Source of the DNA: an uncultured Syntrophomonadaceae bacterium
GTDB lineage: Bacteria > Bacillota > Ch66 > Ch109
Direction of reading: 5' to 3'
Assembly: GCA_964556555.1 (NCBI GenBank)
Contig: CAZKWP010000001.1
Span: 7,849-58,085 of the forward strand
DNA length: 50,237 bases
Part shown: in pieces, positions 27,020 through 35,253 of the stretch
Layout of the letters: the number at the start of each line of letters is the position of its first letter
Position numbering within the stretch: the first letter of the stretch is position 1
Notes under the pieces: generated by a model
What the model was told of the DNA's origin: nothing
What the model saw: the letters and a program-made list of their open reading frames with translations, nothing else
Databases searched by the model: none
Translations under genes and position numbers: made by a program

Positions 27020-28975
27020 CTAAAAGATTGCTTCGAGTCTGGGCCATATTTGCTCCCAGTAAGTGGCGTGCACCGGACAGCTGGTGAAAGGCTCGGTGCC
27101 GGTGCGAAAAGCTGCCGAAATTTGACGCGGACAGTTGGCCGTAGCTAAGGCCCCGCTGTCGAGACAAATATTGGCCGAAGTAATGCCTGTGGGTTGGTTA
27201 AAATCTTTCACTGGCACTTCCTTTAAGGCTTCCCGCGTAAAATTAGCCCAAATGGGCCCAGCCACCTTACCGCCAGCGCCCACCGGTTTTTCGGGCTGGT
27301 CATAACCCAAATAAACTGCGGTTACCAATTCTGGAGTATAACCGACAAACCAGGCATCCTTAAGTTCCTGGGTAGTACCAGTCTTGCCGGCGGCTGGCCG
27401 CTGCACCAAAGCCGCCAGGTGCGCCCCGGTACCGCCAGTCATTAACACCCCTTTTAGCATGTCCGTCACAATATATGCCGTACGCGCATCGATAACTTCG
27501 CGCCCCGCTGGTTGATGCTCTTCCAGGACCCGGCCGTTTCTATCGAGAATCCGCTGAATATAGAAGGGTTCATTCCAATACCCTCCACTGGCCAGGGGGG
27601 CATAAGCGCCGGCCAGTTCCAGCGGGGTCACCTCAAAAGAGCCCAGGGCCAAGGAAAGGTAAGGTTTTAATTCGCTTTGAATCCCCATTCTCTCCGCATA
27701 CTGTTTAAGCACAGCCGGGCCGATTTCATTGTTCAATTTAACGGCAATAACGTTGTCCGAGATCATCAGTGCTTCTTTTAAGGTGAAGGCCCGGTAATGA
27801 TAAGGGTTATCCCCGTAATCAGACGGTTGGTAAACTGAACCGTCCTTTTGGGGATAGGCGGTTGGTTCGCAGAAAACCATCCGGGCGGGAGTGTATCCCC
27901 AGTCGATCAGGGCTGTGTAAAGAAAAGGTTTAAACGCTGAGCCGGGCTGCCTTTTGGCCTGAAAAGCCCTGTTAAATTTACTGCGGCTGTACTCCCGACC
28001 GCCCACCAGCGCCCGAATCGCGCCGGTCGCTGGGTCTAAGGCGACTAAGGCTCCTTCCAATTCGGGGTCGTATTTTTTCAGGCCTGCGGCAAACGCTTCC
28101 TCGGCGGCCTGCTGCATTTTTAAATCGAGCGTCGTGTAGATGGTTAAACCATCGTTATAAAGCCGATCCGCGCCATCGGGATAGTTGCTGACAATATGTT
28201 CCCGAATCTCATCCAAAACATAAGCCGCGCGCGCCGAAGGCCTATCGGGTTTGTCGACCTGGATTGGTTCAAGTTTGATTCGTTCCGCTTCAGCCTCGGT
28301 TAACTGGCCTAACTCCACCATCCGGTTCAGGACCACATCCCTTCGGTTGCGCGCGCCTTCAGGTTTTAAGAAGGGGGAATAATTACCTGGGGAGCGGATA
28401 ATCCCGGCCAGCAGGGCGGCTTCGGAGCGGGTTAAATCTTTGGCTGCTTTTCCAAAGTAAGTCCGGGCCGCCATCTGAATACCATAGGCACCGTGGCCAA
28501 AATAAATCCGGTTTACGTACATGGTCAAAATTTCGGGTTTGGTAAAATGCTGTTCCAAACTTAAGGTATAATAAATTTCTTTCAGTTTGCGGTCCCAGGT
28601 CCGTTCCGGGGTAAGATACAAGTTTTTGGCGGTTTGCTGGGTAATCGTACTGCCTCCCTCCACGATTTTTTGGGCTTTCAGGTCAGTGATCGCTGCCCGC
28701 AAAATTGCGCGGGGATCTAACCCCAGATGCTGATAAAAACGGGAGTCTTCAATGGCCACCACTGCCTCTAAGAAAAAGGGGGCGATTTCATCCAGCTTTA
28801 CCTCTTCTCTATTTTCGGCATACAAAGAGCCAATCAGCTGCCCCTGAGCATCATAAACCTGAGAAGGCACCGCTAATTGGGGGGCTGGCAGTTTAGCCCA
28901 CTGGCAGCCGGCGAGTGTCAGAGTCCCCAAAAGCAGCAGACTTAATAATAAAAGGCTCAACCAGATTTTACGCAT
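27020..28975 (-). CDS. Penicillin-binding protein 1A (bifunctional glycosyltransferase/transpeptidase)
   Basis: The GT51 motifs are IEDSRFYQHLGLD, GGSTITQQ and RKxxE. The transpeptidase motifs are GSAFKPF (SxxK), SDN and KTGTT. There is an N-terminal membrane anchor. Confidence 0.92.
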   Translation of the reverse strand: MRKIWLSLLLLSLLLLGTLTLAGCQWAKLPAPQLAVPSQVYDAQGQLIGSLYAENREEVKLDEIAPFFLEAVVAIEDSRFYQHLGLDPRAILRAAITDLKAQKIVEGGSTITQQTAKNLYLTPERTWDRKLKEIYYTLSLEQHFTKPEILTMYVNRIYFGHGAYGIQMAARTYFGKAAKDLTRSEAALLAGIIRSPGNYSPFLKPEGARNRRDVVLNRMVELGQLTEAEAERIKLEPIQVDKPDRPSARAAYVLDEIREHIVSNYPDGADRLYNDGLTIYTTLDLKMQQAAEEAFAAGLKKYDPELEGALVALDPATGAIRALVGGREYSRSKFNRAFQAKRQPGSAFKPFLYTALIDWGYTPARMVFCEPTAYPQKDGSVYQPSDYGDNPYHYRAFTLKEALMISDNVIAVKLNNEIGPAVLKQYAERMGIQSELKPYLSLALGSFEVTPLELAGAYAPLASGGYWNEPFYIQRILDRNGRVLEEHQPAGREVIDARTAYIVTDMLKGVLMTGGTGAHLAALVQRPAAGKTGTTQELKDAWFVGYTPELVTAVYLGYDQPEKPVGAGGKVAGPIWANFTREALKEVPVKDFNQPTGITSANICLDSGALATANCPRQISAAFRTGTEPFTSCPVHATYWEQIWPRLEAIF

Positions 28976-29045
28976 GCTTCCGCTCCTTATCCGCTTTACT
29001 TAACCCTTCTATTTTAACCATTTGCGATTAATTCCCAAGGTCCTT

Positions 29046-29073
29046 TTGCGGATGCTGACTGTAGTGCTATAAT
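29046..29073 (+). promoter_or_regulatory. Sigma-A-type promoter for corA
   Basis: TTGCGG (29046-29051), then a 16-nt spacer ending in TGC, then TATAAT (29068-29073), which makes an extended -10. Confidence 0.5.
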
Positions 29074-29079
29074 ACAATG

Positions 29080-29226
29080 GTGAACAAGTCTTAAGGGGGT
29101 GGTCAAAATCGACCCGATACCGAATCGATGGAACTTTAAACAGCTGGCAAAAAGCAGCGAGAACATCCGGAGGGTTGAAATCGGCCACCAACCGGTAACC
29201 CCTCCCTAAGGGGGGCAGCAGATGCT
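29080..29226 (+). promoter_or_regulatory. Structured 5' leader of corA of about 147 nt (candidate regulatory RNA, class unknown)
   Basis: The C-tract CCCCTCCC (29199-29206) can pair either with the RBS G-run GGGGGG (29210-29215) or with the upstream GGGGGTGG (29095-29102). Several short local hairpins lie in between. Confidence 0.3.
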
Positions 29227-30201
29227 ATGATTAAGGTTTACTTATTTAAAGATGAGGAAAACCGAATTTACACGGACGTAAGTCTGGGGAACATAGAAGA
29301 ACTCCTAAAATCCCCGGAGGATTTGCTATGGGTTGATGTCTTTAACTGTGACGACTTGGAACTGAATTATATCGGGAAGATATTTGATTTCCATCCCTTG
29401 GCGATTGAGGACTGTCTGCAGTTAAGCCCTCGGGCCAAAGTAGATAATTACGATGATTACTTCTTTTTCGTTTTTCACGCCCTGCATTACGATGAAGACA
29501 GCGAGGACGAAGAACTGACCACTTCCGAGTTGGATGTTTTTCTAGGGCAGAATTATATTGTGACAATTCATAAACGCCCGCTGGCAGCCGTAGGTAAAGT
29601 GGTGAAACAATGTCTGCAGCATAACCGGTTAATGGATCGGGGCCCCGATTACCTGCTTTATTCCATCGTGGACGTAATTGTAGACGATTACTTCCCGATT
29701 ATTGACCGGATTGGGGAACGGATCGATGAATTGGAAGACGAGTTGTACACCGATCCAGCCCGCGAAATCACGGATGAGATTTTGGCGATCAAGAGAACCA
29801 CCCTACTCCTTCGGAAAGTGGTACTGCCCCAAAGGCGCATCTTTGCCAGTGTCGGCGGTCGCTACTCTTTTACGGTGCGGGATGATAATAAACCTTTCTA
29901 TATGGACCTGGCGGACCACTTGGAGCGCATCATCGATGCAACGGATACCTACCGCGATTTAGTCAACAACGCCTTGGATTCCTTTTTCACGGTGCTTTCC
30001 GGGCGCACTAACGAAGTAATCCGGGTTTTAACCATTATTTCTACCATCATGATGCCTTTAACCTTTATTACCGGTTTATTTGGGATGAATGTACCGATTC
30101 CCTTCCAGAATCACATCGGCTCTTTCTGGGTGATCGTCCTGGGCACCTTTATTATCTCCGCCGGGATGCTCTCGTTCTTCAGGAAAAAATTCTGGATTTG
30201 A
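29227..30201 (+). CDS. corA: Magnesium/cobalt transporter CorA
   Basis: 324 aa with a cytoplasmic N-domain, two C-terminal TM helices and the signature GLFGMNV (GMN). Confidence 0.92.
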   Translation: MIKVYLFKDEENRIYTDVSLGNIEELLKSPEDLLWVDVFNCDDLELNYIGKIFDFHPLAIEDCLQLSPRAKVDNYDDYFFFVFHALHYDEDSEDEELTTSELDVFLGQNYIVTIHKRPLAAVGKVVKQCLQHNRLMDRGPDYLLYSIVDVIVDDYFPIIDRIGERIDELEDELYTDPAREITDEILAIKRTTLLLRKVVLPQRRIFASVGGRYSFTVRDDNKPFYMDLADHLERIIDATDTYRDLVNNALDSFFTVLSGRTNEVIRVLTIISTIMMPLTFITGLFGMNVPIPFQNHIGSFWVIVLGTFIISAGMLSFFRKKFWI

Positions 30202-30255
30202 AACAAGACTGACAAATTGAATATTTCTTTATGCTGAATTAAGGCCTTCTGCTGA

Positions 30256-30966
30256 TCAAGGGATTAATTTGAGTAGTTCGGTTAAACACTCAATGCGGTG
30301 ATAATCCCCAATCGGTTCCGCATGTTCGAATTGCCAGGTAGTTTGAGCGGCGTAATGCACCGCCTTTAGACCGACAGCGATGGATGGATTGATATCCGCC
30401 TTGATGCTATTGCCGACAGACCAGGACTGCATAGGGTCAATCGCTAAATCGGCGACTATTTTTTTAAAGCAGTCCGCATTCTTGTCGCCCACAATCCGAA
30501 TCTGCCAAAAATATTTTTCCAGGCCGCTTTCCCGAATCCGGCGAGCCTGGGAATCCGGACTGCCCTTAGTGACCAGAACCATCGGGAAACGAGAACCTAA
30601 ATGCTCTAAAACCTCCGGGGCGTGTTCCACTACCCGCGGTTCCTGGTGAAAGACTGACCAGCCCAGCTTTTCCAGCTTTTGCTCCAGTTCGGCCGAAACC
30701 GGTTGGCAGTGGTGCTGACAGCAATGGTGATATACTTGGCGCAGAGCCTCGGGAAAACAGTGGTTGTAATACCCGCCGGCTTTTTGAATGTTTTCGATGT
30801 CCCGCTGGTCCACCAGTTCGGTTAAGCCGGGCACCGCCAATCCCAAGTCTTCTAGCGCTTGACAAAACTGGGCGCGGACTTCATCAAAAATCTCCGTTGT
30901 TTTAATCAGGGTATCATCGAAATCAAAGAGGATTGCCCGGTTTTCCCGGCGGTTGACGCCTGTCAT
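30256..30966 (-). CDS. HAD-superfamily hydrolase
   Basis: Motif I is FDFDDTL, motif II is LVTKG, and a C-terminal GNS..D-type motif is present. 236 aa. Confidence 0.75.
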   Translation of the reverse strand: MTGVNRRENRAILFDFDDTLIKTTEIFDEVRAQFCQALEDLGLAVPGLTELVDQRDIENIQKAGGYYNHCFPEALRQVYHHCCQHHCQPVSAELEQKLEKLGWSVFHQEPRVVEHAPEVLEHLGSRFPMVLVTKGSPDSQARRIRESGLEKYFWQIRIVGDKNADCFKKIVADLAIDPMQSWSVGNSIKADINPSIAVGLKAVHYAAQTTWQFEHAEPIGDYHRIECLTELLKLIP

Positions 30967-31300
30967 CTCCTCACCCCAGTTACTTTAGCGGAGCATAAAC
31001 TCCGGGATTTATTTTAAGTATACTGCATTTTCTCTTTAAAGATAATCCATTGTAATTTTCTCATAATAGTTAATATATTGTCCCTCTCTTTAAAGGTAAT
31101 GCGTTGTCCTTCTTAAAATAACCCGCTGTCTTCTCGGCATTAAGCAATCTTTTAACTTTTACGGTATAATAACCTGTCAAAAGTTCCAAAATGAAAATAG
31201 CCGTGAATTTTAGGCTACTGCAGCAGGAATTCCAGCTAACCTGGAGAAAAATAAAACTTGGTTTAAAGTAACCTAGATTATCCTGAAGGAGGTCAAACCT

Positions 31301-32446
31301 TTGCTGATAGATTTTCTCAGTCCTCCCCGGGTGCTTTTTGGGGCCGGGTGCAGCAACCGCCTGGGTGAAGAAGCCCGGCGCTTGGGAAACCGGGCTTTGG
31401 TGGTAACCGGAAGGCAAAGCCTGATCCGGTCGGACAATCTGACTAGAATTACCCTTCCTCTCCAAGAAGCAGCCATAGAGACTACTTTTTTTAACGAGAT
31501 CGACCCCGAACCGACAGTAACCATCGTGGACCGGGTGCGCCAGCTGGCCCGGGATAAGCAGTGTTCGATGATAATCGGTGTAGGTGGGGGCAGCGTCTTA
31601 GATGTGACCAAAGCTGCCGCCGGTCTTTTTAATGAAACCGGCAGCACCCGGGATTATCACGCCGGACAGCCGATCACTCAACCCGGTCTGCCCTGGATTG
31701 CGGTGCCGACCACGGCCGGCAGTGGATCAGAATCAACAAGCAACGCGGTGCTGACAGACCCCGAAGCCGGGCTCAAAGCCAGTATCCGGCACGAATTATG
31801 GATAGCCAAGGCTGCCCTCGTTGACCCGATTTTCACCATGTCCATGTCCCCGGCGCTGACGGCTCAGACCGGGATGGACGCTTTGACCCACGCGATTGAG
31901 GCCTACACCTCCCGCTGGGCCAATCCTTATTCCGATGCCCTGAGTTCAAAGGCTGCCCTGCTTATCATCCAAAACATTTTTTCGTCTTATTCAGGGAAGG
32001 ATTTAGCGGTCAAAGAAAAGATGCTGCTTGGCAGTTACCTCGCCGGGGTCACCTTAAATCAGGTTCGGGCTGGAGCAGTGCATGCCCTGGCCCACAGCGT
32101 CGGCGCGCGTTATAATTTAGCCCATGGACTGATCTGTGGGGTTTTGCTCCCCTACGTAATGGAGTACAACCTGCCCCGGGTTTCGGAAAAATACGCGGAC
32201 CTGGCATACCGGACCCGCATCGCCGTTCCAGCCCACAATGAAGCAGAAGCGGCCGATCGTTTAATTAAATACGTCCGTCGCTTAAAGGGAAAAATCGGTT
32301 TACCGGAAAAACTAAAAGACTTGGGCTTAAAAGAAGCGGATCTGCAGGAGTTGGTCAATGCCACGGCTTCCGCTACGGCCTTGGATTCCAATCCCCGCAT
32401 CGTCAAACGGGAAAACCTGAGGGATATTTTAAGTCAAAATCTATAA
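31301..32446 (+). CDS. Iron-containing (group III) alcohol dehydrogenase
   Basis: GVGGGSVLDVTKA, a metal-binding His cluster (..DALTHAIEAY.., ..HALAHSVGARYNLAHG..) and a length of 381 aa support the call. TTG start after GAAGGAGG. Confidence 0.88.
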   Translation: MLIDFLSPPRVLFGAGCSNRLGEEARRLGNRALVVTGRQSLIRSDNLTRITLPLQEAAIETTFFNEIDPEPTVTIVDRVRQLARDKQCSMIIGVGGGSVLDVTKAAAGLFNETGSTRDYHAGQPITQPGLPWIAVPTTAGSGSESTSNAVLTDPEAGLKASIRHELWIAKAALVDPIFTMSMSPALTAQTGMDALTHAIEAYTSRWANPYSDALSSKAALLIIQNIFSSYSGKDLAVKEKMLLGSYLAGVTLNQVRAGAVHALAHSVGARYNLAHGLICGVLLPYVMEYNLPRVSEKYADLAYRTRIAVPAHNEAEAADRLIKYVRRLKGKIGLPEKLKDLGLKEADLQELVNATASATALDSNPRIVKRENLRDILSQNL

Positions 32447-32448
32447 GT

Positions 32449-33078
32449 TTAGATAGGGCCTAATGCCTCCTCCAGCGCCTGGCTGATTACCGGTGCTAAA
32501 ATTTCCGCCCAGCGTTCGGGAGGGATTCGGCAGTTTTTCCAGAAACACTGAAAAAAGTAAGCTGAACGGGGACGGACTACTGCGGTAATCGAGACCTCCC
32601 CCACGAGCGGCAAAATATGTCCCAGCCCAATTCCCGGAATTAAGGGGCCTCGGCGCACGGAAACTTGCCCTACCCTGGTCCAAGGGCCTATGGCAGCATC
32701 AACCGCAATCTGCAGCGCCCGGGGGTGTTCCTGGTCAATCCGGCTCAGTTCCTCCTCCAGATTCCTTGAATCAAGGGGCTGCCGCAATGTTCCGTACACC
32801 GGCACCTGCGGTAATTTAAGCTGCAGCCGGCTGCCCACCAGGGGTCCCAGGGAATCACCTGGTACCTGCCGGGATCCCAGGCACAGCACCACCACTGGGG
32901 GCAACGGCTCTTGATGCGGACTTTCCGCCCTTCCCGCAAACACAGTCATTCCGCTGACTCCCCCCACACATTTACGGACCGCCGCCCCTAGCGCGGCTGC
33001 ACCGTCTTCCCAGGGATAAATTTCCTGGAAAACAATTCTGGTATTTGATTGTCGGCCCCTGGCTTTTACTGAACGCAT
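32449..33078 (-). CDS. yyaC: Sporulation protein YyaC (GPR-like protease family, DUF1256)
   Basis: VVLCLGSRQVPGDSLGPLVGSRL matches the YyaC core (iCiGtDRstGDaLGPLvG). The start is placed at the ATG at 33078, after GAGGA. The ATG at 33099 has its only GGAG 17 nt away. Confidence 0.72.
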   Translation of the reverse strand: MRSVKARGRQSNTRIVFQEIYPWEDGAAALGAAVRKCVGGVSGMTVFAGRAESPHQEPLPPVVVLCLGSRQVPGDSLGPLVGSRLQLKLPQVPVYGTLRQPLDSRNLEEELSRIDQEHPRALQIAVDAAIGPWTRVGQVSVRRGPLIPGIGLGHILPLVGEVSITAVVRPRSAYFFQCFWKNCRIPPERWAEILAPVISQALEEALGPI

Positions 33079-33107
33079 TTTGCCATCCTCGCCTGTCATC
33101 GTATCAG

Positions 33108-33150
33108 GATAAAAGTCTCCTGATACATTAAATACCAGGAGACTTTAACT
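33108..33150 (-). terminator. Possible terminator hairpin between hisC and yyaC
   Basis: An 11-bp perfect stem AAAGTCTCCTG / CAGGAGACTTT (33112-33122 and 33136-33146) with a 13-nt loop is followed on the minus strand by TAT. The U-tract lies partly inside the stem, so this is weak. Confidence 0.35.
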
Positions 33151-33204
33151 TTTTGTTTTAACTTATAACTTAGTTTGTGACTCATAACTTATATCTTACT
33201 AATA

Positions 33205-33335
33205 TTAATGTTGACATTTTCGGTCAGGGTCACCTTTTCGGTTTAGCACTTATTTTGCATTCCGTTTACGGTTTCGGTTTAGGACTTTTATCATTTTCGG
33301 TTAGGGTCACATTTTCCGTTTTAACCCTTCTCGTC
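33205..33335. repeat. Array of 5-6 degenerate direct repeats, consensus about TTTTCGGTTTAGGNCAC
   Basis: The copies are CATTTTCGGTCAGGGTCAC, CTTTTCGGTTTAGCAC, (TTCCGTTTAC), GGTTTCGGTTTAGGAC, CATTTTCGGTTAGGGTCAC and ATTTTCCGTTTTAACCC. The two best copies are 17/19 nt identical (19-nt cores CATTTTCGGTCAGGGTCAC and CATTTTCGGTTAGGGTCAC) and start about 79 nt apart. Confidence 0.5.
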
Positions 33336-33339
33336 TGGT

Positions 33340-34452
33340 CTATCCCGCCAGTTCCGCCAGCACTTCCCGCAGGACCTTAATAAAACGTTCATTCTGCTCC
33401 ATAGTCCCCATGGTGACCCGGATGTATTCAGGGTAACCGAAATAGTGGCCGGGCCGCACGATAATTCCTTTTTCCATTAAACGCTGGCTTACGGCAGCCC
33501 CTGAGGTTTTCAGGTTGATAAACAGGAAATTGGCCTGGGTAGGGACGTAATCAAGTCCCATAGCCTTCAGTTCCCGGTACCAGTACTCCCGGCCTTCGGT
33601 ATTGACCTGCCTCGCTCGGTCAACCCAAGCTTGGTCCGCCAAGCCGGCCAATGCCCCGGCCTGGGCGAGGGAATTCACGTTAAAGGGCTCCCGCACCCGC
33701 ATCAGACAATCGATAATGTCGGCTGAGGCCAGACCGTAGCCGATCCGCAGACCCGCCAAACCATAAATCTTGGAGAAAGTCCGCAATACGATTGCCCGGC
33801 GGCCCTGCAGCACGTAGTCTAAACCATTGGCTGATTCTGCGTCCGTAACGTATTCAAAATAGGCTTCGTCAAACACTACCAGGACATCTTCCGGGACCTG
33901 CGCCATAAACGCGGCCACCTCGTCCTTTTTAACGATAGTCCCCGTGGGATTATTGGGATTACAGACAAAAATCAGTTTGGTGCGGTCATTGATCTTTTCC
34001 GCGATAGCCGGCAGGTCATAAGTCAGGTTCTTAAGCGGTACTTCCACCACCTGCCCAGCCATGACCCGGGTCACAAACTCATACTCGGAGAAAGAAGGCA
34101 CGCCGTAGATTACCTCTTCGCCTTCTTTCAGAAAGGCTTCCGCAATCAGTTTTAAAAGTTCATCCGAACCGTTGCCCACAATAATGTTTTCCGGGGCCAG
34201 CCCTGCGAGCTCTGCCAAAGCTTGTTTTACATAATACAGGTTGCTGTCCGGGTATAAATTCACATTTTCCACGGCTTTTTTCATGGCTTCCACCGCCCGC
34301 GGCGACGGCCCCAGCGGATTTTCGTTCGAAGCCAGTTTAATAATATCGGTTAAGCCCAGTTCTCGCTCCACTTCTTCGATCGGTTTGCCAGGGACGTATG
34401 GCTTAATCTCCAAAATGCTGGGTCGGGCTAGTTCCTGAATCGGTTTAGGCAT
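33340..34452 (-). CDS. hisC: Histidinol-phosphate aminotransferase
   Basis: 370 aa with ..KLASNENPLGPSP.., the PLP-lysine motif FSKIYGLAGLRIGYG, and the class-II aminotransferase layout. Confidence 0.9.
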   Translation of the reverse strand: MPKPIQELARPSILEIKPYVPGKPIEEVERELGLTDIIKLASNENPLGPSPRAVEAMKKAVENVNLYPDSNLYYVKQALAELAGLAPENIIVGNGSDELLKLIAEAFLKEGEEVIYGVPSFSEYEFVTRVMAGQVVEVPLKNLTYDLPAIAEKINDRTKLIFVCNPNNPTGTIVKKDEVAAFMAQVPEDVLVVFDEAYFEYVTDAESANGLDYVLQGRRAIVLRTFSKIYGLAGLRIGYGLASADIIDCLMRVREPFNVNSLAQAGALAGLADQAWVDRARQVNTEGREYWYRELKAMGLDYVPTQANFLFINLKTSGAAVSQRLMEKGIIVRPGHYFGYPEYIRVTMGTMEQNERFIKVLREVLAELAG

Positions 34453-34565
34453 CTGCCTGCACCTCCATCCTTAATTCCTGATAAATAGTATTATATTCTT
34501 TTAAGGCATTTATTTACTTGGACTTTTAGAAATTGGACAATTAATCAGCATATCAGGCAGAACGT

Positions 34566-35253
34566 TTATTTTTGACCCAACGCCAAACCAGCTTTAAAGG
34601 CCGCCTGATTCAAGGCTATTAGCTTGGCTGGCACTGCTTTTTCCAAGGCTGCCTCCCAGATCGCCGGCGGCAAATCCATTTTGCCGGCAAGAACCCCGAG
34701 TAAAACCACGTTGGCTGCTTTCACATTTCCTAAATCCGCCGCGATGCCCGAGGCATCCACAACAATCGTATCCTCAACCACTGCTTTAATTTTAGCGGGA
34801 ATGTCCTCTGGGTACTTGGCTGCTCCGGTCAGCACCGGCAGCGGGTCCACCGATTGGTCATTTACGATCAATTCACCGCCCCGCTTCAGATAAGGCAACC
34901 AGCGCAGGGTCTCTAATTTTTCAAACGACAGAATATAATCCGCCTGCCCGATCTGGATCAGCGGTGAATAAACCTTAGGTCCGAAGCGAACTTGGGTAAC
35001 TACGCTGCCGCCGCGCTGGGCCATGCCGTGGACTTCGCTCTTCTTCGCATCGAATCCGGCCGCCATCCGCCCCGGTAGCCATTACGGCCTGAGCCAACAC
35101 GCGACTGGCCAATAAGGTACCCTGACCGCCTACCCCCACGATTAAAACATTGGTTATAGGCGCATCTGTCTGATTAGCGGCTGGCTGCTTTCCCGGCGCT
35201 GACTTCAAGTTGGCCTCTGAGGGTACTAATTTTACTTCCAGATTATTTCCCAC
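34566..35253 (-). pseudogene. iorB: Indolepyruvate:ferredoxin oxidoreductase beta subunit (iorB), interrupted by a frameshift
   Basis: The N-terminal part (GTG at 35253 after GGGAGG; ..NVLIVGVGGQGTLLASRVLAQAVMATG) is in one frame. The remainder (MAAGFDAKKSEVHGMAQRGGSVVTQVRFG...) is in another frame. The switch must occur between 35067 and 35081, which contains a CCCC/GGGG run at 35070-35073. The total of 688 nt is 3n+1. Confidence 0.75.

Noticed and set aside
29080-29226. M-box (ykoK) Mg2+ riboswitch upstream of corA
   Set aside because: I could not find the conserved M-box core segments (for example GTTAGGTGAGGC or GGGTCAACAG-like elements). The leader is kept only as an unclassified structured-leader candidate.
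33205-33335. Possible CRISPR-like array
   Set aside because: The repeats are short (about 17 nt), degenerate and almost contiguous, without unique spacers of 25-40 nt. No cas genes are present in the window.
33177-33380. 67-aa plus-strand ORF in the hisC-yyaC spacer
   Set aside because: Its repetitive hydrophobic translation (FGLGLLSFSV..) is produced by the DNA repeat array. It has no RBS and overlaps the hisC 3' end.
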